From Octopus sinensis (taxonomy: Eukaryota), in NCBI RefSeq assembly GCF_006345805.1, contig NW_021833766.1, forward strand, positions 1 through 55,423: a stretch of DNA of 55,423 bases, given 5' to 3'. This document shows, piece after piece, positions 11,761 to 24,599 of the stretch. Numbering within the stretch: the first letter of the stretch is position 1; every line of letters begins with the position of its first letter. Made by a program: the position numbers and the translations under genes. The notes below the pieces were generated by a model. That model did no database searches. It worked only from the letters and a program-made list of their open reading frames with translations, and had not been told where the DNA came from.

Positions 11761-12452
11761 CATTTAAAATACATACACAAATACGTGCATGCACACATAT
11801 ACACACACGCATACATACATAGTGCTTTATATAGCAAATCTATTATGTATTATATATAATAGAATTGATATCTTAAAATATTTTGTAACTCATATTTTCA
11901 AAAAAAATGAATTCTTTTGCGAGGGATTTGAATGACAAGTGAGAAGAAGAAAAATTACCCGTCTAGCTTTGCGTATCGAGCTTATTTGAATGGAATTCAA
12001 AATTGCACGTGTGATGAAATGCACCCATTGAAGCAGTATCTGTGTTCCATAGGCCGTCTTTGTCCGATGACACCGGTGGTATAGGCGCGAAGATTTATTA
12101 GTGTCAAGTTTCTTGGTGCAAGGTACCTAGATGCAGCCTAGCGGCCATAAATTCACTTGATTTCATTTAGTTGTTGTCAGTTCCCAATGGTTTGTTTGAT
12201 TAAGCATCGTCCCATGGATAAATCAGTAGAATATTCTGGACAGTCACCGATATGGAAGGTCATATTGGATTCACTATCCTGTTGAACATAGCAAATAACT
12301 TCACCCGCCCGCAGAGATCTGTTTCTCGAACACATGAATCTAACCGATCAGAGCTAAGGTCAGATATATGTGAATAATGCAATGAGACAGATGAGCAGAG
12401 GAAAGGATGCTGGGAGACTAGATACTTGGCATCCGTCATTGCTGGTCTAAAT

Positions 12453-12636
12453 CAGTGGTCCGCAACTGGTATGTCGCGGCACACTGATGTGCCACGAGAC
12501 GGCGCTAGTTGTGCTGCAATGTAACCTGAATATCATTTCCCCCCCTATACTTTTAGATATATTTTTAGTTCAGGTGTGCCGCCGAATTTTAAAAAGAATG
12601 TAAGTGTACCGCAAATAATTAGGTTGCGGAGCACTG
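12453..12636. mobile_element. hAT (Charlie-like) MITE
   Basis: TIRs CAGTGGTCCGCAAC ... GTTGCGGAGCACTG; left flank GTCTAAAT fits the NTCTARAN Charlie target; internal GTGCC repeats. Confidence 0.75.
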
Positions 12637-13080
12637 GTAAAAAATAATGGTATTTTGTTTGTGATCTGCGTCACTTTTCTTTACTTTTTCTGCCTCTCCG
12701 TTTTATGCAACGTTCAGCAGATTATCCGATACGATACTATACTATACTAATGCAGTCCGAAATGTTCAGGGGCCGAAAAGAGGTGCGGACGTCCTACCTG
12801 TAACATTCATGTTCGACGGTCCTCAAGAACAGGATTAATCTAGGGCTAAACAGATCGGCAACAAAATGTAATTTTCGTCATAATTATTGACAATTTTATC
12901 TTCCTTTTAATTATCTAAATACAAATATGGAGAAGTCTGAAAATGAAGTAAATTTTTAAATAGCCAAGAATTTCACTTTCAAAGTAAGGAGATCTCGATA
13001 TTTTTCGTCGATGCGTTTCGTGTTACTTCTTTCATTCGACAGCATATTTCGTTTCCTTCTACTTTTCGCTATTTCCTTAG

Positions 13081-13215
13081 GTGCTGTAGAATTAGCAAGT
13101 GGCAGCAATCGAAATTTACAAGGACGGAAGTAACACCCAATCCCTGACCGCCATGAGCATTTTCAATGACAATGGTCAGCGATCTCGAGAAATAAAAAGC
13201 AGAAGAGAATATACC
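13081..13215 (+). other. Candidate terminal exon
   Basis: Long pyrimidine tract ending ttccttag| at 13080, stops in all three frames within about 70 nt, AATAAA at about 13191. Confidence 0.25.
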
Positions 13216-13257
<42 letters not shown>

Positions 13258-13936
13258 TAGTTGTTCATAAAGAAAAATAGCTACAAAAATAAAACAGAAA
13301 AGACATCGAGTAAAATTGCTAAGGAAATAACATATTACATAACAGTTTACGTTGAAGGAGTCCGTGTAAATCTCCACGATAAACGCAATAAGGCATTCGT
13401 GTCGTTTTTATATTTTTTCATCATTCTTTTTGGAATAATGTTTTACACCATTTGTAAGTAAGTATCTGCTGAGCAAAATGCAACTTAGCAGAAAACATTT
13501 AAAACACTTGCAATGTGGTTATTATCGCTTTAGATCAAATACTTGATAGCTCAACGAATATAAACGACAGAGAATCAGATAACCAGAAACTTCACATTCT
13601 ATATCTGCTTGGTTTTAGGCTAGTAGGGATTTATATGTCACTTGACTGTAATATAACTTGCAAGGGGAGGAAGAGGAGGAGGAGGAAATAATATTTTACA
13701 ACATTCGTTGTTGCATGCACGAGTAAATATGTGTGCGTGTGTGTGTGCGTGTGTAAATCGCTTTCTTTTGAATGCATGGCTATTTATTAAGATATATACA
13801 CACCTTTGGGATAAATATGGAAAGTTGGTCACTGAAATTTGCTAATGCATCTCTATACATGTTTGAGTAGGACTTCTTGAATGGCTAGCTGATAATAGAA
13901 GCAAGAAATAATATTGCTTGAAATGAGGTTCCTTGG

Positions 13937-14017
<81 letters not shown>

Positions 14018-15049
14018 ATATATATACATATATATACATACATATGTGTGTGCGCGTGTGTGCATGTGTGTGCGTCCAGGTAATAAATAAACGAGAGCTA
14101 TTCTAGCTTGCAGCTAATGGCAGAATGAGAGAATTGCAGGGAAAGAGAGATAGGATGCTAGGTAGCAATGAATCTATTCTTGTGAACGAAATGTAATAAA
14201 AAAAAATTACAACACAATACTGAGTGGATTATTCAGAGATTTTAACAGCCACACCGATGCAATAGGAATTGAGTTTCCATCGTCATTGACCACATTATCT
14301 CTTTGCAATAAAGCAGAGGTCACTGGCATGGAGTAAAATGAGAGTATGTAGGAGTGTACAGATGGTTCTAATATTCTTCTCACAACGCAGCGCAACCAAT
14401 TCTGAGAGAGAAACTGGGGATAGTGTTAAGGAAACGACACTAATATTTTTTCACGACTGAAGAATGATGAAAGCCAAAGGTTACTTCGGTAGGAAAAATT
14501 TAAAGATCTAGAACAAAAATCGCATCGTATATGTCCGACCCTCTATTTGATTCTGTCAAGCAATTGCCTGTCCTTTCTTATAGGAGAATATTAGAATAGA
14601 AATTTCTATTTATGTTTCATTTTAACAACTTATTTATAAATCACCATTCTGCAATGGTATTAAACATATGTTAATGTGTAATCAGATTTATGCTATACCA
14701 AATAAAGTTCAAAATATTAAGTCTTACACGGCCTTGGTTATGATTTTAAATCCGTGATTGTTTTGAATAGGTGTAAGGTTTGTGAAATACGACGGGTTTT
14801 GGTTTTATGTACGGTTTTCTTAGCTTGAACAATTGGACAGTGCCTATGTTAAGGTAACTCTTTTCAAAGATTTTAGCCTGTTATATTGATCAAAGAACAT
14901 CACATAGAGCTCAACTATTCGACGACAGTATATAAATTTTCCGAGGTCTTCTGTCGCGATACGATTATGGGCTTCCTTTCAGTTATCAAGTAAATACCAC
15001 AATGATTCTACACTGATTTATTTAAATCTACACATCTTCATGTATTTCC

Positions 15050-15082
15050 ATGTGTGTGTGTGTGTGTGTGTATGTGTGTATA

Positions 15083-15118
<36 letters not shown>

Positions 15119-15299
15119 TGTATGTATGTATGTATGTATGTATGTATGTATGTATGTATGTATGTGTATATATATATATACATATATGGACACGCACATA
15201 CACAGACATATATGTATATCTATATAAATATAAAGCTTATAATCAGATGTATACACACACACATACATACAGACATATATATTAAGATAGATAGATAGG

Positions 15300-15391
<92 letters not shown>

Positions 15392-15405
15392 AAGAAAGAT
15401 AGATA
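15050..15405. repeat. Compound microsatellite (TG, TATG, GATA)
   Basis: Direct tandem repeats. Confidence 0.95.
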
Positions 15406-18051
15406 GAGTTTTTGTAAACTCACAAAGGTGCCTTTTGCATCAATAATATATAGTTAAGTGCAGATTACATACTGAATGCGATGAAATGGTTTTCTGAATC
15501 AGTTGCAATGTTATCTATACTTAGAAGAAAATCTTTAGCGTTAATATAAATTTTTCGTAGGAGCCGCAAAAGAATAACTTCGAAATTCCTATTAACCAAA
15601 ATTTGAACAGATATGCCAATGCTTGGTTGGACTGACCTTCTTTTTTAGCCAAAGTGAGAACTCTTCACATCGTCGAATATTATTATGTGCCACTGCATAA
15701 ATAGTAAATCATTTTCACACCAAAATAGCCTATACTATAAATTGTGTGGTCTGATCTTTGTGTCTTCATTTTATTCTTTACTTTTCTCGTTAATTACATA
15801 AATGTCATAACATGTCACATAAAAACCCATCTCGTTATAGGTATGCTCCCTCAAGGTTGATTCGAAGCCAAACAACTAACTACACAACTCAATTAATGCA
15901 CAAATGTCATAGAACAAAATAAATTCCATATCCTTACTCTTACTTCACACACAGCACTCACAGCACACACACACACATTCAGTTTCCTTAAAGGTACAGC
16001 TTATTGCTAGATCGGTGAGATAATAAGTATTTGGACTTTTACATTTTTTAATTGCTCACATCAAGATCGGCCTTCGGTCGATAAAGTAAATGCTAGCGAA
16101 GAACTAATGCAAACTTAATCAATCACCAATGCTTAGTATCTTGTCTAGTGCATGTATTTTTTCCTGGTTCATGGAAATTTTCAGTTCATGTGCAGTGCCT
16201 TGTATAATATATTTTGAGTATGTTCTGTATGTTTAATCTTTGGATCGCAGAAAAGATATGGTAACAAATACAAGAACAGTTTTTTAAAATGTCGTGAAGA
16301 AAATGTCATACTTGGGGAAATGTTAATTCATATAGATATAAGAAATTTAAACTAATAGTATAAATATGCTTGTAAAGGAAATTATGAACCTACCAAGTTA
16401 TAAAGACCTGACAACATAGCAAGGCATGATATGGATAACGGAAAAAAAATAAATAAGAGTATTGGAAATCATTAAAATCATGCAGACAAATAAAGACCTT
16501 GGTCCCTGTGATTTACACTTAAAAAACGTACACAAATTAGTACTACTAGGCAATTCAAACTAATTGAAAGGGCATGCAAAGGACAGCAGAGTATCAGTTC
16601 CTCTTATTTCTGACAATAGAAGGTAGATTCCAAAGAAAGGAGAGCCATGAGTCTAACTCTAGTAACAAGAAAAAAAACAGAAAAACTGATAGGTGTGGCG
16701 CTAGTATCCCAGGGAGCATAAACCAAATATGATCTCTTATAATTTTCTGTTAAAGTAGATTATGATTCTAAAACATACTTTTAGGAATGAAGTGTTAGGA
16801 ATTAGTTGTTAAGGTTTACAGTTTTAGTTTTAGAATTTAGGGTTTATAATTCAGTGCTAGGTTTTGGGTTGAGTGTTAACACGGAAAAGAAGCGATATTG
16901 GAAACATTCAAATGGTGAATTTTGTCTTTTTCTATTTTTGGAGAAAACAGAAATTTAAAGAAACTTATTAAATTATTAAAAAAAAAAAATATTATTTCCG
17001 TTACTTTGACTGATATTCTGCCAGTTGTTCGCTAAAAACATTTACTATGATTTAAATACATTGCAGTACGGCTTTGACACAATTCCCTGTATCATCGGTT
17101 AGAACAACGCCGAGTATTTCAACCAATATGCACACATACAAACGCCCCCAGCCTCACATATATGTGTTTGTGAATATGTGTACGTACGTGCATGTGTATG
17201 TGCGTGCATGTGTATGAGCGTGTATGTATGTGTATGCGTGTGTGTGTGCGTGTGTCTGTGTGTGTGCCTGTGTGTATGCCTGTGTGTGTGTGTGTGCTAT
17301 GATGGCTTATTTAAAGGAAGAGATGTCAGCGTTTAGAACAATGTTATATTTTTCCAAACTGCTTTTAGAAAACAAACAAAAAAATAAACTCATAAACAGG
17401 AGTGTCAAGTTGTTTTGGGGATACACTGGAATTTTCGAAACCATTTTGGAAAACAGGCTGTCACATATTTCAAGATCTACAGAGAACATAAAACATATTT
17501 CACTTCGAGAAAAGTAGAAATTCTATCACAAGAATAAATTAATAAGCAAAATGAACATATTCTTCTCACGTCATAGAATCTATGATATGCACGGGACTGA
17601 TCTCCTATATATATATATATTTGTATTTATTGACTTGTTTGTGTTGTGAGGATAATATGATAGACGAAGACATCTAAAATATTACTGAAAAAGACGGCCC
17701 CTCGCTGTGCGCAACAAAATGCTTTCTAAGGTTTTAGAAACGCTAATATTTTTCTCTTATTTCATTTTAGGGAAAATGGCTGTTGTTACATAAATAAAAA
17801 CAACGGAGAATTCCTATCATAAACAGGGAAAAAATATTTCTTCGTGTTTTATTCTCATGACTGTAAGGCAAATCTTTACAAACATAGACGAGATTGATGA
17901 GTATATACATACACACGTGTGCGCGCGCACATACACACACACGCACACATACACATATATCGATACATAGACAGGTGTGTGTATGTATATATTTATATAT
18001 ATATATATATACATCTATGCATAAATATACATGTGTGTATGTGTGTGTGTT

Positions 18052-18096
<45 letters not shown>

Positions 18097-18238
18097 GGAG
18101 CTACCTAGATAGATAGACAGACAGACAAACAGTCAGACAGACAGATAGATTCATAGATAGATAGATATATTGTATATATGAATATACTGACATGTGATTG
18201 TGTGTGTGTGTGTGTGTGTGTGAAAGAAAAAACGAGCG

Positions 18239-18294
<56 letters not shown>

Positions 18295-18362
18295 GAGGAG
18301 GAGGAGGAGGATGATTATGATGATGAGGACGGCGACGTCGATAATAATAATGATAATAATAA
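18239..18362. repeat. (TAA)n array, partly decayed to GAG/GAT, upstream of the Dong-like elements
   Basis: Direct tandem repeats. Confidence 0.9.
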
Positions 18363-19590
18363 CTGCCTGTCCCAGCCAGACATTGATCAAAATCTAACAC
18401 ACCAATGGCTACAAGGGACAGGTCTGAAAGGGGAAATGGAAGGTTTTGCTATTGCAGCACTAGATCAGAGCTTACCTATCAGAAACTGCCATGCAAACGT
18501 CCTTAAAGATGAATCTGACACCTCGTGCAGAATTTGCGGAAAATTCACAGAGGCAATTGATCATGTTGTCTCTGGCTATCCAGTCCTCGCTGAAAAGGAG
18601 TAACTCATAAGACATGACAGACTAGTGCAGTACATCCACTGGAATGCTTGTAAATACTACAAAATTAAATGCCTTGATAAGTGGTGCAGGCACCATCCAG
18701 AAGGCGTCACCATCCTTTCGAATTTCCCAATACAAACAGACAGAAAAATTGACTGCAATCGACCAGACATTGTGATCTAGGACCACAACAGGGGAACTTG
18801 TCTGTTAATAGATATGTCTGTCTTACAAGATAAAAATGTCTCAAGAAAGGAATACGGAAACCTTTCTTACTATAAAGATTTGCAAATTGCAATCACAAAA
18901 ATGTGGAGGCTAAATACTACGATAATACCAGTAGTAACTGTTTCGTTGAGAATGATAAAGAAGGGAGCTGGGGAGTATATTCTTTTCTACTCTTGGCACA
19001 AGGCCCAAAATTTTGGGGGAGGAAGGGCCAGTCGATTAGATCGACCCCAGTACGAAACTGGTACATAATTTATCGACCCCAAGGCAAAATCGACCTCGGC
19101 GGAATTTGAACTCAGAGCGTAAAGACAGACGAAATACCTATTTCTTTACTACCCACAAGGGGCTAAACACAGAGGGGACAAACAAGGACAGACAAACGGA
19201 TTAAGTCGATTATATCGACCCCAGTGTGTAACTGGTACTTATTTAATCGGCCCCGAAAGGATGAAAGGCAAAGTCGACCTCGGCAGAATTTGAAATCAGA
19301 GCGTAAAGGCAAACGAAATACCGCTAAGCATTTCGCCCGGCGTGCTAATGTTTCTGCCAGTTAGCCGCTGAGAAGTATATTAAGCAACACCCTGGTAACT
19401 CCAATTTCCTTGAACTACAAAAGATAACCTTGGTAGGTGCAGCCCATATACTACGATAGCACTCTCGATCTAAAATGGAATAAATGTGGTTATAATTTTA
19501 GCATGCATAACAAAACAAAAGTGCCCTTGCTGCTCTTAGTCTCCGCAGGATGCCCGGTACTAGGGCAGCTGAAATAAAGTTATAATGAAA
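18361..19590 (+). mobile_element. R4/Dong-clade non-LTR retrotransposon, 5'-truncated and decayed (copy 1), interrupted by a SINE
   Basis: LKGEMEGFAIAALDQSL, zinc knuckle CRICGKFTEAIDHVVSG, RHD, NRPDIV...IDMSV...K..YKDL...MW (restriction-like endonuclease). The frame resumes after the SINE as ELQKITLVGAAHILR. Stops and frameshifts are present. Confidence 0.9.
18982..19366 (-). mobile_element. SINE family B, composite two-unit copy
   Basis: 15-bp target duplication GCTGGGGAGTATATT (18967-18981) / GCTGAGAAGTATATT (19367-19381). Two tandem central domains (aaatt..gccgaggtcga.tttgcc) with different tails. Confidence 0.9.
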
Positions 19591-19594
19591 AGAA

Positions 19595-20632
19595 ATGCTG
19601 TCGAGCCAAGTAGGAAAGCAGCATAGAATAGTATATCAAAAATGGAGTGGAGCCCAGTGAAGAAAACAGTCTAGCGTATTATATAAAAAATACCGTGGAG
19701 CTACTTTTGAAACACACGAAGAAGGTCGGCGTCATCAAAACTAAAAATTGTGTAACTAAAGAAAAATCTAAACAAGAAGTGTACTGGAAGAAAGAAAAAG
19801 CATGGAAAGAAAAAAATGTACAGTTAGTTTGCAAGAGATGTGAACGCCAACACAGATACAGTGGACCGGTGGCTTTGTATGAGGAGAAGTGGCCTGAAGA
19901 CAGAGGCAGAAGCACTCATATGCGGGGCCCAGGAACAAGCGTTAAGGACCAATTATATGAAGTGCAATATTGATAACACTGCCGATAGCGACAAACGCAG
20001 AATGTGTGGTGAGAGGAGTGAAACGGTGTGGCACATCGTTAGTGAATGCCCGAAATTGACACGACGGGAATATAAAAGACAACGTGACACAATGTGGCAA
20101 GAATGATCCACTGGGAGCTCAGTGGAAACCACAGCCTACAAACAGCAAACTCCTGGAGGCGTCACCGAAAATAAGAATTGCAAAATACAATGGGATGCAA
20201 TGATCCAGTGTGATCACCTGACTAGGCATCGGAAACCGGACATTGTTGTGGTGAATAAAAAAGAAATAATAGTGTGATAATCGGCATAGCATGCGCCGGT
20301 AACAACAGGATTCATTTGAAAGAAGAAACAATACATAACTATGACGATTTAAATTGGGAAATGAGAAGATTGTGGTTAATGAAGAGAATAGACACGATAT
20401 CAATAGTAACTGGTGCACATGGAAATTATCTGCACTCAACTACCAGCATGGCTGAAAAACATCGGTGTAAGTGTGAAGGTAGAACACCTACAAAAATCAG
20501 CATTGTTTGGAAATGCAAGAATTCTTCGCAGGATTCTTGAAGCAGGACCAGTAAATAAGTATCACCTTAGTCTGTTGGCTGTTGACACCTGACACTTTCC
20601 ATCATACCGAGCAAAATAAGGTGTGAATTTTC

Positions 20633-20634
<2 letters not shown>
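19595..20634 (+). mobile_element. R4/Dong-clade non-LTR retrotransposon, 5'-truncated and decayed (copy 2, different subfamily)
   Basis: EENSL..Y, LKTEAEALICGAQEQALRTNY, RMCGERSETVWHIVSEC, IHWEL, IQWD..IQCD...RKPDIVVV, YDDL.WEM.RLW, LQKSALFGNARILRRIL, then a short 3' UTR and (TAA)n. Confidence 0.92.

Positions 20635-20687
<53 letters not shown>
20635..20687. repeat. (TAA)n array at the 3' end of the Dong-like element
   Basis: Perfect tandem TAA. Confidence 0.95.
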
Positions 20688-21178
20688 CGATCAAACTTGA
20701 GATTTTATAAGGGTGATACTCAAGCTTTCATGTTACCGATTTTCGATACAGTTGAAGAGTATATTTTAAATACCCATCTCTAAAGGCATTAAATATTTGG
20801 CAAAAACTATTCGTATGCATGATATACAGTAAGGCATAAAAAATTCAAATATAACATTAAGAACATGAAACTGTTGAAAGTATATGTAGATGCAAAACTA
20901 GTCAGGAAACAATGTGTATAAGTGACAAAACGGAAGGGAAGGGAAGGAAAGAATTAGAGAAAACAGAGTAGGGAAAGGGGGCGAATACATAAATATTAAA
21001 GAAAGAAAGAAACAAACAAACAATCAAACAAAAAACAAAGTAATAGAAAGAGAGAAAGAAACAGAGAAGGAAAGAGAGAAAAGAAAAGAAAAAGAAAAAA
21101 AGAGAAAGAAATGGGCAGACAGACAGACAGACAGGCAGGCAGATAGATAGATAGATAAATAGATAAATAGATAGATAA

Positions 21179-21231
<53 letters not shown>

Positions 21232-21281
21232 TAGATAGATAGATAGAGATATAGATAGATAGATAGATGGATAGATGGATG

Positions 21282-21353
<72 letters not shown>

Positions 21354-21682
21354 TATTTCTTTATTAGCCACACAGGGCTGCACACAGACGGGACAGATTA
21401 CAAAGTAGAGCTTTTCTTTTTGGGGGAAAGAAGAAAAAAGGTGGGGTAGGTTTTCGATCGAAAGGAATCGTAAAATGGAAAGGAGAAGAAGAAGAGAAAA
21501 AAAACAAAAAAAAAGGAAAAGAAACAAAAGGAAAAAAAACGAACAATAGGGATCGTGTATCACAGTGTCATGATGTAAGGTGTAAAGGGGGAAGCAGATA
21601 AGGTTTATCCGTGGGAAGAAAAGCCTACGGAAAAGACCACGGTAACCTCGGTCAATATTGTTGCATGTTACCACATTTGTTG
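21354..21682 (-). mobile_element. 3' end (UTR) of a retroposon embedded in (GATA)n
   Basis: Unique ~330-nt segment with (GATA)n on both sides; minus strand is pyrimidine-rich and ends ccctgtgtggctAATAAAgaaata, directly followed by (TATC)n. Confidence 0.6.
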
Positions 21683-21760
<78 letters not shown>

Positions 21761-21777
21761 ATATGTGTTAGAATAGA

Positions 21778-22488
21778 ATAGGTCATCCATTAAATAATGC
21801 GTTTTTTCACTTGCATGAACTAAAAGTCGGAGCAATAACCTGCCTGCGACAACTTGCTATAAAAGCTGTCGCTCAAGTCAACGCTAGAAGAAAAACAACC
21901 ATCTTTGGTTTGAAGACGAAAGGTGGTCTTCCATTAGGATAATGCTCGGCCACATACAGCGAGGATGACATTCCAAAGGCTGGTGCAGTTTGAATGGTAA
22001 ACGATGCCCCACCGAACAGATTCGCCGGATATTGCCCCATCTGATTATCATTTATTCCGCAATCTTCAAAATCATTTTGACAGAAAAAAGTATGAATTCT
22101 GTAGACGAAATTAGGACAGTATTGGAGGAGTATCTTTCGTCACGGACAAGTGAATTTTGGAAGAGGGGCCTTGCAAGTCTATCAGTTAGATGAATAGAAA
22201 ATGAAAGTGTGTTTATTTCAGATTAAAAAAGAATTTCGTTTATATTAATTTTGAAAAATAAACGAAGTATTAAAAATCCAGGGAAAGTTTATGAAAAAGA
22301 CAAAAGACGAAGACAGGTGGTGTACAATACAAACAGATGTATTAGCATAACGCTCAGGAATATAAAGTATTTTACGTTTCGAGCCTACGCGCTTCTACAG
22401 AAAGGGACACAGAAAAAACAAAGAGAGAAAAAAAAATGTGTGTAATGGCTAACGATCTATTCCACTTTATTTATGGGATGACCCAATA
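21778..22488 (+). mobile_element. Internally deleted mariner (DD34D) transposon
   Basis: TIRs ataggtcatccattaaataa / ttatttatgggatgacccaata. 21920-22193 translates to VVFH*DNARPHTA...W*TMPH..DSPDIAPSDYHLFRNLQNH...EFWKRGLASL, matching the mariner HDNARPH and YSPDLAPSD motifs. Confidence 0.92.
22287..22465 (-). mobile_element. Probable Penelope-like terminal fragment with degenerate hammerhead motif, inserted in the mariner right end
   Basis: Minus strand cttt-CTGTAGA-A-GCGC(GTAG)GCTC-GAAA-CG-TA-aaa around 22370-22404; palindromic ACGU helix III. Confidence 0.45.
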
Positions 22489-22611
22489 CTTTGTACGACT
22501 TAATTTATGGAGAAAGATTTTGCTTTTTATGAAGGAAGGTGAAATTATGTGTGGGTAAGATGTATTCCAGCTTTGCAGCACTCTTTCAATTTGAACTTAT
22601 TCTTATATTTT

Positions 22612-22748
22612 TTTTTTTACTTGCTTCAGTCATTTGCCTGCAGCCATGCTGCAGCATTGCCTGTAGTCGAACAAATCGACCCCAGGACTTATTCTTTGTG
22701 GGTCCTGTACTTATTCTATCGGTCTCTTTTGCCGAACCGCTAAGTTGT
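22612..22748 (-). mobile_element. SINE family A, 3' fragment
   Basis: Matches the family tail (gtcgaacaaatcgaccccaggacttattctttg...gccgaaccgctaag). Confidence 0.85.
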
Positions 22749-22832
22749 GGTTGGGAAGCATATGTTAACACTTCCAATCAATTAAGATTAGAAGCCTTGA
22801 GAGCCACTACCTCGTACTGCGTTAGGGTATTT

Positions 22833-23060
22833 CTTGTTGTTGTTGATGTTGTTGTTGTTGTGTTGTTGTTGTTGTGTTGTTGTTGTTGCTTATGCTGCTG
22901 CTGCTGCTGCTGTTGCTGTTCTTGTTCTTGTCGTTGTAGCTGCTGCTGTTGTTATCACTAGTATCATAATTACTACTACTACCGGCACTAATATTGCTGC
23001 TTCTGCTTCTGCTGCTGCAGCTGATGATGATGATGATAATACTGATGATGATGACGACAA
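22833..23060. repeat. Compound trinucleotide repeats (GTT, GCT, GAT)
   Basis: Direct repeats; explains the poly-C/A/D ORFs. Confidence 0.9.
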
Positions 23061-23542
23061 TATTTTAGTTAATGGAACAACGACGGATTACTCGGCAAAT
23101 CAAAAATAATTTACAGTTTAGGGATAAATCATCGATAAATATTGCGTAGGTAGATACAAGATAAAACAACAGAAAACAGAGTTTATAATATAAGCGAAGC
23201 ATAAATGAATTCATATTAAACACGAGAGAAGAACAGGAAGATGAAACAGCAAATAACGTAGATTACCTTTGGTTTATATTACAATTTACTTTGTTCTAAA
23301 CCTTGCAAATGTCGAAGAATAATATAATTCAAACTTGAAATAATATATGAAGTCAAATATCAAATCTCGATAGTTTATGGCTTGAAAACATTAGAACAAT
23401 AATCGAAGCGCATATTAAACGTATGTGGGTAGTTGACGCTGATATCTATTACCCAAATGATTCAATTAGATCCGAGTTATTTGAGATTAGTTGTAGGAAG
23501 TATTAGCGCAGCACAAGAGTGGGCCTCACGTGTTTGCCGGCA

Positions 23543-23600
<58 letters not shown>

Positions 23601-23667
23601 TTCTCTCCCTCTCTCTCTCCCTCTCTCTGTATATATTTACGCAAACACACACACACACACACATATA

Positions 23668-24519
23668 TTGTGTGCGAAGGGTAAATTGTCGCCATTTTAT
23701 ACATTTAATTTCGTATATGCGCATTGTTTGCTTTTGACTTGGCCCACTACACAGTGTGGTAGGGTCAGTAGGGCACCGTCTGTGAGAAAAACAACACCAG
23801 GAAGCAATTCACTCTGCCAGAAATTTGGAAACGACATGCTATACTGCGTGGCATTTGCGCTGAAAGCTTCAATATGAACAGATGATGAACACAGAGTAGA
23901 ACTGGGTGTTTGCTGTGTCCCCAAGACATGTACCGAGAGTGATAATAATCAAACATCCAGTAAACATCATGGTGTTTGTAGTGATGACTTCCATTCATCT
24001 TCCCACACAGTCTCGGACTCAATACGAAAGTCCTTCATCAAGTACGTGGAGGAAGTAGTGATGCCCTGGGTCAAGAGGGTGGCTGCTGGAAGACCTCTGC
24101 ACTATGCCACGCAATCAGGAAAACCCAGTCATGATTTCTAGACAATTTCTGCGACCGCATCACCCCTAACATCTGGCGACATAACTCCCTAGACTGCAGT
24201 CCCCTTCGTTATTATGCATGAGGCACAGGTGAGCGAGAGATCAACAAATCTCCTTGTAACATCAAAGATGAACTGAAAGCATGGATTATGCTGCCACAGC
24301 ATTCACCAACTTCAACAGGAAGATCGCCCAGAAGAGTTGCAAGATTCCGAAGTCGTCTCAAAGTCGTTGTTGAAGCCAATGGTGATTTTATTGAATAAAT
24401 TTACTTCTTACTATGTCAAGATATTTTTGTGTAATTTTGGTAAATATATCTTTCAAAATGAGATGTCAGTGTTATTTTCTATCTTAGCGTAATTTAGACG
24501 ACAATATAATCACCGCACA

Positions 24520-24522
<3 letters not shown>
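23668..24522 (+). mobile_element. Decayed Tc1/mariner-superfamily element, maT/DD37D-like
   Basis: Imperfect TIRs (tgtgtgcgaagggtaaattgtcg / cgacaatataatcaccgcacactg-TA). Fragmented translation KHPVNIMVF...PFIFPH.L.LNT...VVMPWVKRVAAGRP...IWRHNSLDCSPLRYY...RSRLKVVVEANGDFIE*. Confidence 0.88.

Positions 24523-24599
<77 letters not shown>

Noticed and set aside
22539-22961. Cys-rich ORF resembling a metallothionein or toxin
   Set aside because: Made of a SINE tail plus GTT/GCT triplet repeats.
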